This document shows positions 1 to 9,372 of a stretch of 32,000 nt of DNA, piece by piece. Position 1 is the stretch's first letter. The number at the start of each line of letters is the position of its first letter. Source of the DNA: Candidatus Saccharimonadota bacterium (lineage in GTDB: Bacteria > Patescibacteriota > Gracilibacteria > BD1-5 > UBA6164); contig OZ245768.1 in the NCBI GenBank assembly GCA_965227835.1, positions 1,457,122-1,489,121 on the forward strand, in the 5' to 3' direction. The notes under the pieces are model-generated. The model saw only the letters and a list, made by a program, of their open reading frames with translations. It made no database searches and was not told the DNA's origin. The position numbers and the translations under genes are program-made.

Positions 1-319
1 TAATTAGCTATTATTTTTAATAAGAAATGTTCAAAATAGTAATTTATATTAAAGCCTTTAGCTTATTTTCAATTTATCAAATTTTTCTCAAAAAATATTA
101 TAAAGTTCATGAACATATAGTGCATGAGGGAATAAAATAAAAAATTTATATTTTTTATTTTCAAGTTTACGTTTATAATAATTAAAGTAAAAATTATTTA
201 AAAACCTATTAAAATTATTGTAAATGAAAACCTATACTCTTTGAAAAATTAATGACTTCACTCAAAAAAATATCATCCAGTGATTTAATTTGAATCCAGA
301 ATTTTGTCACGATATAGCA

Positions 320-1375
320 ATGCTTATTTCTAAAAATCTTGAAAAAACACAGTGGATATTAGATCAAATAAAAGAAGCATGTTATTTAGAAGGAGAAGAA
401 AATTTAAAAATAAATATCTCTGGTTTAGAATTAAAAAATCCTGTAGGCCTTGCAGCTTGATTTGTAAAATCCCCATTTGGTCTTAAATTTTGGGAGGCTT
501 TTTGATTTGGTTTTATAAGTATATGATGAATTACCGAATATCCTCAACCTTGAAATAAAAAACAAAGAATATTTCGTACTTCTTCACAAGATATTGTAAA
601 TGGTATGGGGCTTCCCTGAAATGGTCTTTATGAAACAGTATCAATGCTAGCTGAAAGGAAGTATAAATGAGAGTATCCACAAATTCCTATATGAGCAAAC
701 TTATGTAATAGTTCTATTACGAAACCTGAAAATAAAATAGAAGAATTTAAAAATCAAATCCTTGCTTTATACCCTTATGTTGATTATTTTGAAATAAATA
801 TTAGTTGCCCAAATCAAGCTGGTATATGTTTACTTGGAGAACAGTTGGAAAATATATTAAAGGAGCTTAGTAATTATAACGATTTTGTTGCCTATAGCTT
901 TTGAAAGAAAAATAAACTTTTTGTGAAAATATCACCTCTTAGCATAAATCATAATGACCCTAAAGATGGTAGTATAGAATGATTAAAAACTATCGCTGAA
1001 ATATGTAACATATATAGTGATGATCAAATACATTGAGTTATAGCCACAAATACTGCTAAAGAGCATAAATATATAGATAAAACACAAATTCAAACACCCA
1101 GTTGAGATATTATTACTTGATGAGCTTCAGGTAAACAAATCCAAGAACGTTCTAAAAAGACTGTATATGAATTAAGGAAAGTTTTAAATAAAAAAATACC
1201 TATAATATGAGTATGAGGTATTTGATATGATGAGGTGGGAGAAGAGTGAAAAAGTGCTATTCAAATGCTTGATTCGGGAGCATCTAGTTTACAAATATAT
1301 TCATCTTTTGTCCAAAAATCAGTTTTAGTTGTAAGACAATCAAAAAACGCAATATTAAATATAAATAATAATTAA
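320..1375 (+). CDS. pyrD: dihydroorotate dehydrogenase (351 aa, table 25)
   Basis: ATG 320 to TAA 1373-1375. With TGA=Gly it reads LKNPVGLAAGF, YPQPGNKKQRIFR, NISCPN, TGGASGK and IIGVGGI. Many in-frame TGA, no TAA/TAG. Confidence 0.85.
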
Positions 1376-1434
1376 ACTTTAATTTACTAGTTTAACAAAA
1401 TCTTTATAAAGTTTATTGAGTCATGTTTTCTCAT

Positions 1435-1845
1435 CTAGTTTTTTATATTTTTCTTCAAGCTTCTGTCTTTCATCATAAATTTTTTCTGACTCGTAAGCGA
1501 GAGCTTCATATTGCTTATAATATTTTGCCATAATTTCCTGTATTTTTTCAGAAATTTTTTGTTATTTCAAAAATATTCCCATGAATCATCATCAATAATA
1601 GCAAGTGTATGATATTGTATTTCTCAATTGGTTTTTATATTTGCATTAAACCAAGGAATTCAATATTCATCAATATTATCTATCATAACAACAGGATTAT
1701 TTTTTATAATTTTATCCAAAATATCTGCAGTAGAAAAATCATCCATATCTAAGTTTGGATGATTTTTTTCATAGTCTTTTATATCTGATTTTGGGATTTT
1801 TGTAAGTAAGATTCTATCTCAAACTTTCAATTCTTGTCTTTTCAT
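1435..1845 (-). CDS. hypothetical protein (136 aa)
   Basis: ATG at 1845 to TAG 1435-1437, phased line by line with no TAA/TAG; 4 in-frame TGA. No family recognised. The 3' end is uncertain because an overlapping frame (1379..1531) reads as cleaner coiled-coil text. Confidence 0.45.
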
Positions 1846-1938
1846 ATTTTTTTGTTTATAATCCAATACTCATTTTAAATAAATTATTTTTACTTATTAA
1901 CTTTTTAATAGATGTTAATTTTACAGAAGTTCCTTTGC

Positions 1939-2763
1939 TTACTCACTAAACTTTCCTTTCAAAACATTTCTAAAAAAACCGAATAAAAAATCCAAATCAG
2001 TTTTTATAGGATGTTTTTCATATTTTCTCAAATATAATCTTTCTAATGCTTCTAAATTTGAAATATTTTTTGTTTTTTTTAGACAATAATAAATTGAAAT
2101 AAGGCCATACTTTATATTCTGTTCTAACCTTTTTCTAAACTTAGGTGTATAATCTTCCAAATCCCTTATTTCTTTAGGTCTAATCCCAACTAGCTTTAAA
2201 TCTCCTTTCAAAAGCCAGTATATTTGTGGAATTTCATCTATCCAATACTTCCTTAAAAACTTATGGAATCTAGATATGTAAAGCCCTTCATGGTTAGGTT
2301 TTCCTTTAGAATTTAAAGACCTATCTTTGGGATGATTATTCAAAGTTCTAATTTTTGGTAAACTAATATATTTTCATTTTTGAATTGTTTTTCTCCAATA
2401 GAAAAAACTCATATTATGGTTTGTTTCTTCATATTTATTTTTTTCCTCTTCTTCCATCTTTTTTTCCTCTTTAAAAGAGATTTTATTTATTACTTTATTA
2501 TAATTTTTTCAATATATAAAACTATACTCTTCTTCTAAATCTTTTGATACATAATTTGTTATCCACATATCATTTAATGAATTTTTATCATAGTCTATTG
2601 AATCTAGCTCTGGATTTTCTAGTAATTCTCTTGCTTTCATTTTACAATATTCTAAGTATTTATTGGTATGGTTAAATCCATATTCATCTTTCAAAAAATA
2701 CTTATTTTTAAAAATTGTTTCTACACCTTTAAGACAAGAATGTTTGCTTTTTGTATAAATCAT
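1939..2763 (-). CDS. chimeric protein: duplicated module fused to the C-terminal part of a bacterial sugar transferase (PF02397-like), N-terminal membrane segment missing
   Basis: ATG 2763 to TAA 1939-1941, continuous once TGA at 2506-2508 and one further in-frame TGA between the two track ORFs are read as Gly (this joins track ORFs 2509..2763 and 1939..2343). The C-terminal half reads GKYISLPKIRTL...RKYWIDEIPQIYWLLKGDLKLVGIRP, the sugar-phosphate transferase signature. The N-terminal ~95 aa duplicates the upstream gene. Confidence 0.7.
2443..2660. repeat. 218-bp intragenic duplication, copy 1 (pairs with 3334..3551)
   Basis: Hand alignment to 3334..3551 gives about 18 mismatches in 218 nt with no indels. 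Both copies are in frame and encode YLEYCKM.A.ELLENP.LDSI.YDK.SL.DM.ITN.VSKDLEEEYSFIYGK.YNKVIN.ISFKE.KK.EEEE. Confidence 0.85.
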
Positions 2764-2772
2764 AAAAATTTT

Positions 2773-3960
2773 TTACAACATTTCTTTTAAAAAATCTATT
2801 CCTAGTTCACGAAAGTTATAATCATATCAATATATAGGTTTTAGGTTTGTATATTCAAGACATTTTTCTAAAATTCTCTTATCCATTCTTCAATATCTTG
2901 AGCTACATCATGATATGATTATATATTCTTTTCATATATAAAATGAACTTCATCAAATTATTTCATAATTATTATATTTTAGCTCTATTTCACCATGATA
3001 ACCTGCTCATAAATTAGCCATCTCATCTGTATCATCCATTATCGTAAATAAATCTTTTAATCATTCTATTTTATGAGTTATTTGGACTTTTTTATTTCAA
3101 AAAACCAGCTGGAAAGTTTTTTTATCTTTTAGATAAACTAATAGGCATTTTCAGCAATCTCAAGGGTATAAATTTCCTAATAAACTAAAATTACATAAAT
3201 TGAGCATATGCAATGGAATATAACTTTCTTTTAGATAATCATTCACAGATTTCTCAATAATAATTAAATCTAATTTTTTCTTAAAAGTCCTTTTTTCTTC
3301 TAGTTTTTTATTCTCTTCAACTATTCTTGCTATTTCCTCTTCTTCTATCTTTTTTTGCTCTTTAAAAGAAATTTCATTTATTACTTTATTATAACTTTTT
3401 CAATATATAAAACTATACTCTTCTTCTAAATCTTTTGATACATCATTTGTTATTCACATATCATCTAATGATTTTTTGTCATAATATATTGAATCTAGGT
3501 TTGGATTCTCTAGTAATTCTTTTGCTCTCATTTTACAATATTCTAAATATTCATCAATATAACTAGATTCATCTACACTAGGCAAAAATACTTTTTCTTC
3601 ATAAGAGTCACAAAATTCTAGTTTTTCTTTTATTCCACATACTTTTTTTATATAAAAAGCTGATTGAATCACATTTTTTCATGAAACTCTTTGAACTAAG
3701 TCAATTATGTCTCAATTCTCTAAACATCAATAACAATAATAACTTCAATGATCTTTGTATATTTTAAAAGAAGCATTTACTTCTTCGTGAAAGGGGCATT
3801 TAGAGTATTTATTCTTACCCACCTTAATTCATAGACTTTTAGCAACTTTTATTATATCTCATTTTGATATTATTAAATCAATAGAAGAGGCTTTTAAGCC
3901 TCTTCATAAATGGGTTTTTTCAACTTCAAAATAGGAATGTTCATTTTCTACACGAATCAT
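2773..3960 (-). CDS. CHC2 zinc-finger (DnaG-primase N-terminal-like) protein, 395 aa, no recognisable TOPRIM
   Basis: ATG 3960 to TAA 2773-2775, translated fully under table 25. It reads KYSKCPFHEEVNASFKIYKDHGSYYCYGCLENGDIIDLV, the CPFH...C.GC primase-type zinc-finger pattern. The C-terminal 200 aa are unassigned. Confidence 0.7.
3334..3551. repeat. 218-bp intragenic duplication, copy 2 (pairs with 2443..2660)
   Basis: See copy 1. Confidence 0.85.
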
Positions 3961-3992
3961 AAAAATTTGAAAGTTAAAAATATAAAATTAGT

Positions 3993-4048
3993 GGTAGGTC
4001 TTGGAGTATTATCTAACTAGCTACTTCCAGTATCATTCAAGACCTACC
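3993..4048. other. long hairpin in the leader upstream of the zinc-finger gene
   Basis: GGTAGGTCTTG (3993-4003) pairs perfectly with CAAGACCTACC (4038-4048) around a 34-nt interior. It lies in a locally GC-richer noncoding stretch, 3961-4338. Confidence 0.4.
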
Positions 4049-4159
4049 ATTGATAATGGAAATAGCTATACTACCCGAATTTTCAACAAATAGACAGAGA
4101 ACAAATGCGCATTGTATCTCTACTATAGTAAAAATTAACTAAGGCATTCAGATGACCTT

Positions 4160-4186
4160 ATTATAGTATATATTTTTCTTTGTCAA
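4160..4186 (-). promoter_or_regulatory. candidate sigma70-type promoter for the zinc-finger gene
   Basis: On the minus strand, TTGACA (4186-4181), a 15-nt spacer, then TATAAT (4165-4160). The spacer is short, and this would give a ~200-nt leader. Confidence 0.3.
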
Positions 4187-4338
4187 ATAAAAAACTTGCT
4201 TTTTTCTGATTTTATAAAATAGATTTATATAATTTAGATTATTTCATTATATAATTGTTGAAGTAAAGGGGATATATGTAATATAAATTTATATGTTTTC
4301 ACTATATAATTTTTTTGCTCTTGTTTATATTACAACTT

Positions 4339-5133
4339 CTACCAAATTTCCTCATTAAATATATTTTTTCTAAAAATTTCATCTAAAAGTTCTACTGGTA
4401 TTTTTCTTGAATGATGCTTTGAGGCTCTTTCCTCTATAAGTTTCATTTGTTTGTCTAAAAACTCATTTATAATTTTTATTTTATTTCCAGAATCTAGTTC
4501 GTCTCATGACTTCTTCCTCATAATAAGAACATCAATTTCTTCTCTTAATTCTGGACTTATAAGTTCACAATCATCGTATAGCTTTTGAAATTCCATCGGT
4601 GGGGCATAATTATATTTTTCTATCCATAAACAAGCAAGAACGGGTCTTAGTACATAAAAATATTTTTTTATTCTAACTTCATCTTTTTTTAGGTATTCTC
4701 TAAAATTTCTCTTTGCCATATGAAGGTAGTGATATATGTAGTTTTTTGGTGAGAAGTATTTTGTTTCTATTTCTAGTATATTTTTTTGAAATTCATCATT
4801 TTTTCTATAAATAATAGGTGATTTAATCCATTCAGAGAAGCTAGGATTTCATTTTTGAAATAGATATAAAGTTTTTTTTATATCCCAGCCGTTAATGTCT
4901 ATTTCATCTAATATAGGGTATTCAATTACATCTCTTTTTTTATCAATGGATAAATAGTATTCTATTTTATGTTTGTAAATAAATCTTACATCAAAATCAC
5001 TATTTTTGGACTCAAATCACCAAGCTCTTGATCAAGATTCTACACCAAATAATATTTTTACATTATGTTCTTTTTCGCAGGTTTTGAATCTTTCTTGTAT
5101 TTCTTCAGATATGTCTTTTGGTATTTTGTTCAT
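4339..5133 (-). CDS. Pol-beta superfamily nucleotidyltransferase, RlaP/PF10127-like (264 aa)
   Basis: ATG 5133 to TAG 4339-4341. Reads [25 protein letters not shown] (the GS...D.D nucleotidyltransferase motif) and KKYFYVLRPVLACLWIEKYNYAPPMEF. Confidence 0.7.
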
Positions 5134-5300
5134 TTTTTATAAGTATTAATGACACATAAAAAATATGATTATTTTTTATAATCTAACAAAAATATCTATT
5201 GTGTCAATATTTCGAGTTGCAAAAAACGGGCTAGTATCAATTATGTGTGATTTTTTTGTTTATATTAAACTAACCTATAAATTTTTTTGATATATAGATA

Positions 5301-5375
5301 GTAAATAACATGCAGATAGAAACTTCCTAAAATAGAAAATGGCTAAAGCCATCTGTTGAAAAGAATATGAAATCA
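5301..5375 (-). repeat. dispersed hairpin element, copy A
   Basis: Core on the minus strand is CAGATGGC-TTTA-GCCATTTT (5337-5355), with conserved flanks (tcaacag upstream, ..aagtttctat downstream) shared with copies at 16572, 19689, 28189 and 27977. Confidence 0.7.
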
Positions 5376-5465
5376 AAGAGCTAAATCTCTCTGCTTACTA
5401 AGAATAAAAGAATTATTTTTTTGCAGAATCTTAATTTTTTAGGGTTTCATTAAATAAGATTAGAA

Positions 5466-5682
5466 TTATAAAGTATAGATCTTATCTGATACTTTTTCAA
5501 TTTTTGAAACTATTTTCTTGTCTTTCATCATCTTATCAAAAAAATTCTCTTCAATGTCAAAATTTACTATATTAGGTTGTCTCGTAAAGTATGTAATGAA
5601 ATATCTTAAAATAGCACTTCTATCTACTCCTTTCTTTTTATAGGCTTCTAAAAAATCTTTTTTTTAATTTTAAATTGTTCAC
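5466..5682 (-). pseudogene. ribbon-helix-helix (CopG/Arc-like) gene interrupted by a frameshift in a homopolymer
   Basis: GTG 5682 VNNLKLKK runs into a T8/A8 tract (5658-5665). After a 1-nt shift it continues KDFLEAYKKKGVDRSAILRYFITYF...YTL to TAA 5466-5468. The shifted frame has no start codon before residue ~45. Confidence 0.45.
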
Positions 5683-5733
5683 TATGTTAATAGAAATTTG
5701 AAACTCTTATTTATTAAAACAAAAAGTAACTTA

Positions 5734-5762
5734 TTGAATACAAAAATTGATTTTATTATAAT
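5734..5762 (+). promoter_or_regulatory. candidate promoter of the methyltransferase gene
   Basis: TTGAAT (5734-5739), 17-nt spacer, TATAAT (5757-5762), 45 nt upstream of ATG 5807. Confidence 0.4.
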
Positions 5763-5806
5763 AGTTTATATATTATATACATATTCTAATATTAATATAA
5801 AAAATT

Positions 5807-6868
5807 ATGTTGAATTGATTATCTTTATTTGCTAATGTGTGAATAGCAGAATTTTATTTGAGAGAACTATGAATAAAAGTAGTGCTTGCAAATGAATTAT
5901 TAAAAAAAAGAGCTAATTTATATAAACATTTTCATCCTAGTAGTAATATTATTTGTTGAGATATTACAAAAAATGATATATATAATAAAATATTAGAAGA
6001 ATCAAAAAAAGCAGATGTAGATTTTGTTATGGCAACACCTCCTTGTCAATGAATGAGTATAGCTTGAAAAATGAATGAAAATGATCCAAGAAATTCACTA
6101 ATAATGAAAGCTGTTGAAATCATAAAAGAGTTAAACCCTAAATATTGATTAATAGAAAATGTTCCTTGATTTTTAAAAACATATATTCAATATAATTGAG
6201 AAAAAATATTAATTACTGACTATATTAATAACGAATTATGAGATAATTTTAATCTAAAATTTGATATTTTAGATGCCTCTAAGCATTGAACACCTCAAGT
6301 TAGAAAAAGAGCCTTTGTTTTAATTTCAAATAAAAATACTTGAAAAGAAATTAATTTTCCCAGAGAACAAAAAGAAATAACTGTAGAAGATGCAATTTGA
6401 CATTTACCAAGTTTAGAAAGCTGAGAAACATCAAATATAGAATATCATAATTCTAAAAAACATAATAGTAAACATATATTATGGATGAAGAATACACCTA
6501 CTTGAAAAACAGCATTTGATAATGATAAACACTTCCCTCAAAAAGATAATTGAGAAAGAATAAGATGATTTAATACAACGTATAAAAGAATAAATTGGGA
6601 TAAACCAGCGCCTACAATTACCATGTGTAGTTGAGCAATTTCTTCTCAAAATAATGTTCATCCTTGAAGAAAAAAAGATAATTGAGAATTCTCTGATGCT
6701 AGAGTTCTTACATTAAAAGAATTATTTATACTAATGTGATTACCAGATAATATTAAATTACCCAATTGGGCTAGTGATAATTTTATAAGGCAGGTCATTT
6801 GAGAATGAGTACCTCCTATTTTTATTAGAGAAATTTTAAAAGAAATAAAACAAGCGGATTATAATTAA
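5807..6868 (+). CDS. DNA (cytosine-5)-methyltransferase, 353 aa
   Basis: ATG 5807 to TAA 6866-6868. Motif I LFANVGIAE, motif IV PPCQ[TGA]MS at 6038-6058, motif VI ENVPGF, motif VIII QVRKRAF, motif X GEGVPP. Confidence 0.9.
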
Positions 6869-6869
6869 T

Positions 6870-7796
6870 TTATCATCTTTTATTAAATTGTAATCAGTGA
6901 AAAGCTTCATTCTTTCAACTTCATTTCATTTGCACTGTTATATTTCATATATGAAAACTTCAATTTTCAGTTTCTTTATATCAATTTAAACAACTTTCAG
7001 AAATGACTTCATCCATATTTTTTATATAAAAATCAACTACTTGTGTTGAAGAATATTCATTGTTATTTACCAAATAATAGTCAGCAAAATATTCTTTTTC
7101 TGAAAATCATTCTTTCAAAACAATTTCTGTAATCTTTTTTTGATTTTTATTAAAAAAGTTTTTTATTATATTTCTTTCATTATCAGTTAATTCATTTATT
7201 AACCATCTATTTCTTCTTCATTGCTCTAGTTGAAATAAATTATTTAAACAATTTATACATTCAATATCATTTTTTGATATTTTAGTTTTTTCTTCTAATT
7301 CGTTTAAACATAATTTTTGTAATTCACTTAAATTATTCCTATTTTCAATTAAAAGTTTTGAGGGCTTATAATTTCAAAATCAACAAAATTTTGATAATCA
7401 AATATATAATTCATCTGAAAATTCTATTAAATTATTTTTTATAATCTCTCTAAAATTTTTAACATTAGTAATTTGCACTTGAATACTTCAACTAGAAGAT
7501 TTAATAGATATTCATTTTTTTGTTATAAAATCATCTTTTTCAAATATTATATGTATATCTGCTTTAGGTGGTTTTTTTTGTCATCAAAATCTATTTTTCA
7601 CTTTTTTAGGAGATTTTTCTGCATATATTTTGTAATCTTTAAAATTATTTATTCATAAATCCTTTGAAATATATTCAACTATTTTATATCACTCTTTTTT
7701 TGTTTTATAATTATTTATTAATTCAACTATAATATCTTCATATCAATATCAATGAAATCGTCAATTTTCTCAAGAAGCTACTAAATCTGTAACCAT
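6870..7796 (-). CDS. putative type II restriction endonuclease (308 aa), family not identified
   Basis: ATG 7796 to TAA 6870-6872, phased line by line with no TAA/TAG. It is convergent with the MTase (stops 1 nt apart) and sits directly downstream of a C-protein gene. KADIHIIFEKDDF...GISIKSSS resembles a D...(S/E).K nuclease core. Confidence 0.5.
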
Positions 7797-7808
7797 ATTA
7801 TTATATTT

Positions 7809-8012
7809 TTAATTAAATAAATCTTTTATCTCAACTCATAGAGCCAAAGCAATTTTTTCAATGTTCTCAACTGAAATATTTTTTAATCCTCTTTCCACTG
7901 ATGATAAATAAGTTCTGTGTAACTTAGATTTAAATCATAGTTTTTCTTGAGATATATTTTTTTCTTTTCTTATTTTTTTAATTCGATTTCATAATTTTTC
8001 TTTAACATTCAT
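7809..8012 (-). CDS. XRE-family HTH controller (C) protein of the R-M system, 67 aa
   Basis: MNVKEKLGNRIKKIRKEKNISQEKLGFKSKLHRTYLSSVERGLKNISVENIEKIALALGVEIKDLFN. This is the typical C-protein/XRE pattern, ending 12 nt before the REase ATG. Confidence 0.8.
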
Positions 8013-8240
8013 AATATTAATTTTATAAAATAACAGTTTAATATTATATTTTGTATTCAATAAATCTACACTCAATAAATTACATTTATAATACTCTATT
8101 TATTAAAATATTTTGTAAGCACAAAAAAAGTCCAAATCTCAAGGGATATTGGATTTTTAGCCACACATTTTTTACAATTATGCTGCAATCTAAAAAATCA
8201 ATTTTAATCAAAAATCATTTACTAAATTATAAAACCAAAA

Positions 8241-8268
8241 AAAGATTTTCAAATATTTGAAAATCTTT
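8241..8268 (-). terminator. rho-independent terminator downstream of tRNA-Lys
   Basis: AAAGATTTTCAAA / TTTGAAAATCTTT palindrome with A/T runs on both sides (T-run on the minus strand). Confidence 0.55.
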
Positions 8269-8281
8269 TTTAAATCTTAAA

Positions 8282-8357
8282 TGGTGGGGCATCCGGGGCT
8301 CGAACCCAGGACCTCCTCCTTAAAAGGGAGTTGCTCTACCAACTGAGCTAATGCCCC
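8282..8357 (-). tRNA. tRNA-Lys (anticodon UUU), CCA encoded
   Basis: 76 nt. Acceptor GGGGCAT/ATGCCCC, D arm GCTC-AGTTGGTA-GAGC, anticodon arm ACTCC-CTTTTAA-GGAGG, T arm CTGGG-TTCGAGC-CCCGG, then A-CCA. Confidence 0.9.
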
Positions 8358-8434
8358 ATATAAATGCCAGGGCATTTTATAAAAAAAAACTCTCATTGCA
8401 AATTTTTTAATACCCTACATAAATACTTTTTAAA

Positions 8435-9304
8435 CTACAAACTCAACCTCTTTCTAGGAAACAAAAACTCTCAATCATAAAATACAATATTTGTAATCTC
8501 ATCTCCTTGCCTCACAAACAAATCCACATTTTTAGAAAAACCAAAATCTCCTTTTACCCTTAATCAATCATTTATTTTACTCAAAACACAAGAATCCAAA
8601 GATATAAATTCATTTTTAAATAAATCTCATACATTCAAAAATTTATTCATATCAAAATCTTCCAAACTTTGGGCTAAACTTATATTTAAATCTCCTATTT
8701 TAATCCTCCTAAGTTCGCTAATAAATCATCAACTACCCAAAATCTTACCCAAATCAGAAGCAATAGACCTTATATAAGTTCAAGCAGAAACTTCAGCTTT
8801 CAGATTCAGTAAAGGATAACAAAATTTTAATACCTCTATATCAAAAATCTCAATCTCTCTAGCTTTCATCTCTAAATTTTCTCCTGATCTTGCCAAATCA
8901 TAAGCCCTTTTTCATCATATTTTTACTGCACTATATTTTGGAGGTACTTGCATTATCTTTCCTCTAAAATTTTTATTTAAAACATCCTCTATCAACTCTA
9001 AACTTATTTCTTTTTTATATTTCTCCTGAAAACTCTCATCCAAAAAATCTGGAATTTCCCCCAAATCAAAAGACTCACTAACTCAATTTAAACTTACAAT
9101 AAATTCATAAGTTTTTTTCCATTTTTCCAAATAGGGAATTAATTTTGTATAAGAACCTGTAGCTAATAAAATCCCTCAAGTAGCCAAGGGATCAAGAGTA
9201 CCAGTATGACCTATTTTTCTAATATTAAGTTTTTTTCTAATATTTCTAACTACATCAAAACTAGAAATTCACAAAGGCTTATCTATATAATAAAATCTAT
9301 TCAT
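8435..9304 (-). CDS. truB: tRNA pseudouridine(55) synthase, 289 aa
   Basis: ATG 9304 to TAG 8435-8437. Reads [32 protein letters not shown] and [13 protein letters not shown], with TGA at the Gly positions. Confidence 0.9.
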
Positions 9305-9372
9305 ACTTTTAAAAAACTCATATATAACATTCTATATTCTATTTTTGTCTATCATCCCCCAATTTTTTTATT

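Noticed and set aside
2563-3453. TGA = Trp (table 4) instead of Gly: within the 218-bp duplication one copy has TGG (2563-2565, minus strand) where the other has TGA (3451-3453)
   Set aside because: A single TGG/TGA difference is one transition among ~18 mismatches. Every conserved-motif position hit by TGA (PPCQG, GDVGFGKT, GDNR, LAAGF, IGVGGI, ADKGY, ATGG) requires Gly, not Trp.
1376-8281. Calling the accessory stretch an integrative element with defined att sites
   Set aside because: No integrase or recombinase gene is present, and I could not find a repeat of the tRNA-Lys 3' end by eye. Only the compositional and functional context supports an island.
8362-8377. Hairpin AAATGCC-ag-GGCATTT between truB and tRNA-Lys as the truB terminator
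   Set aside because: On the minus strand it is not followed by a T-run and it abuts the tRNA 5' end. It may be a processing structure, but I cannot support a terminator call.
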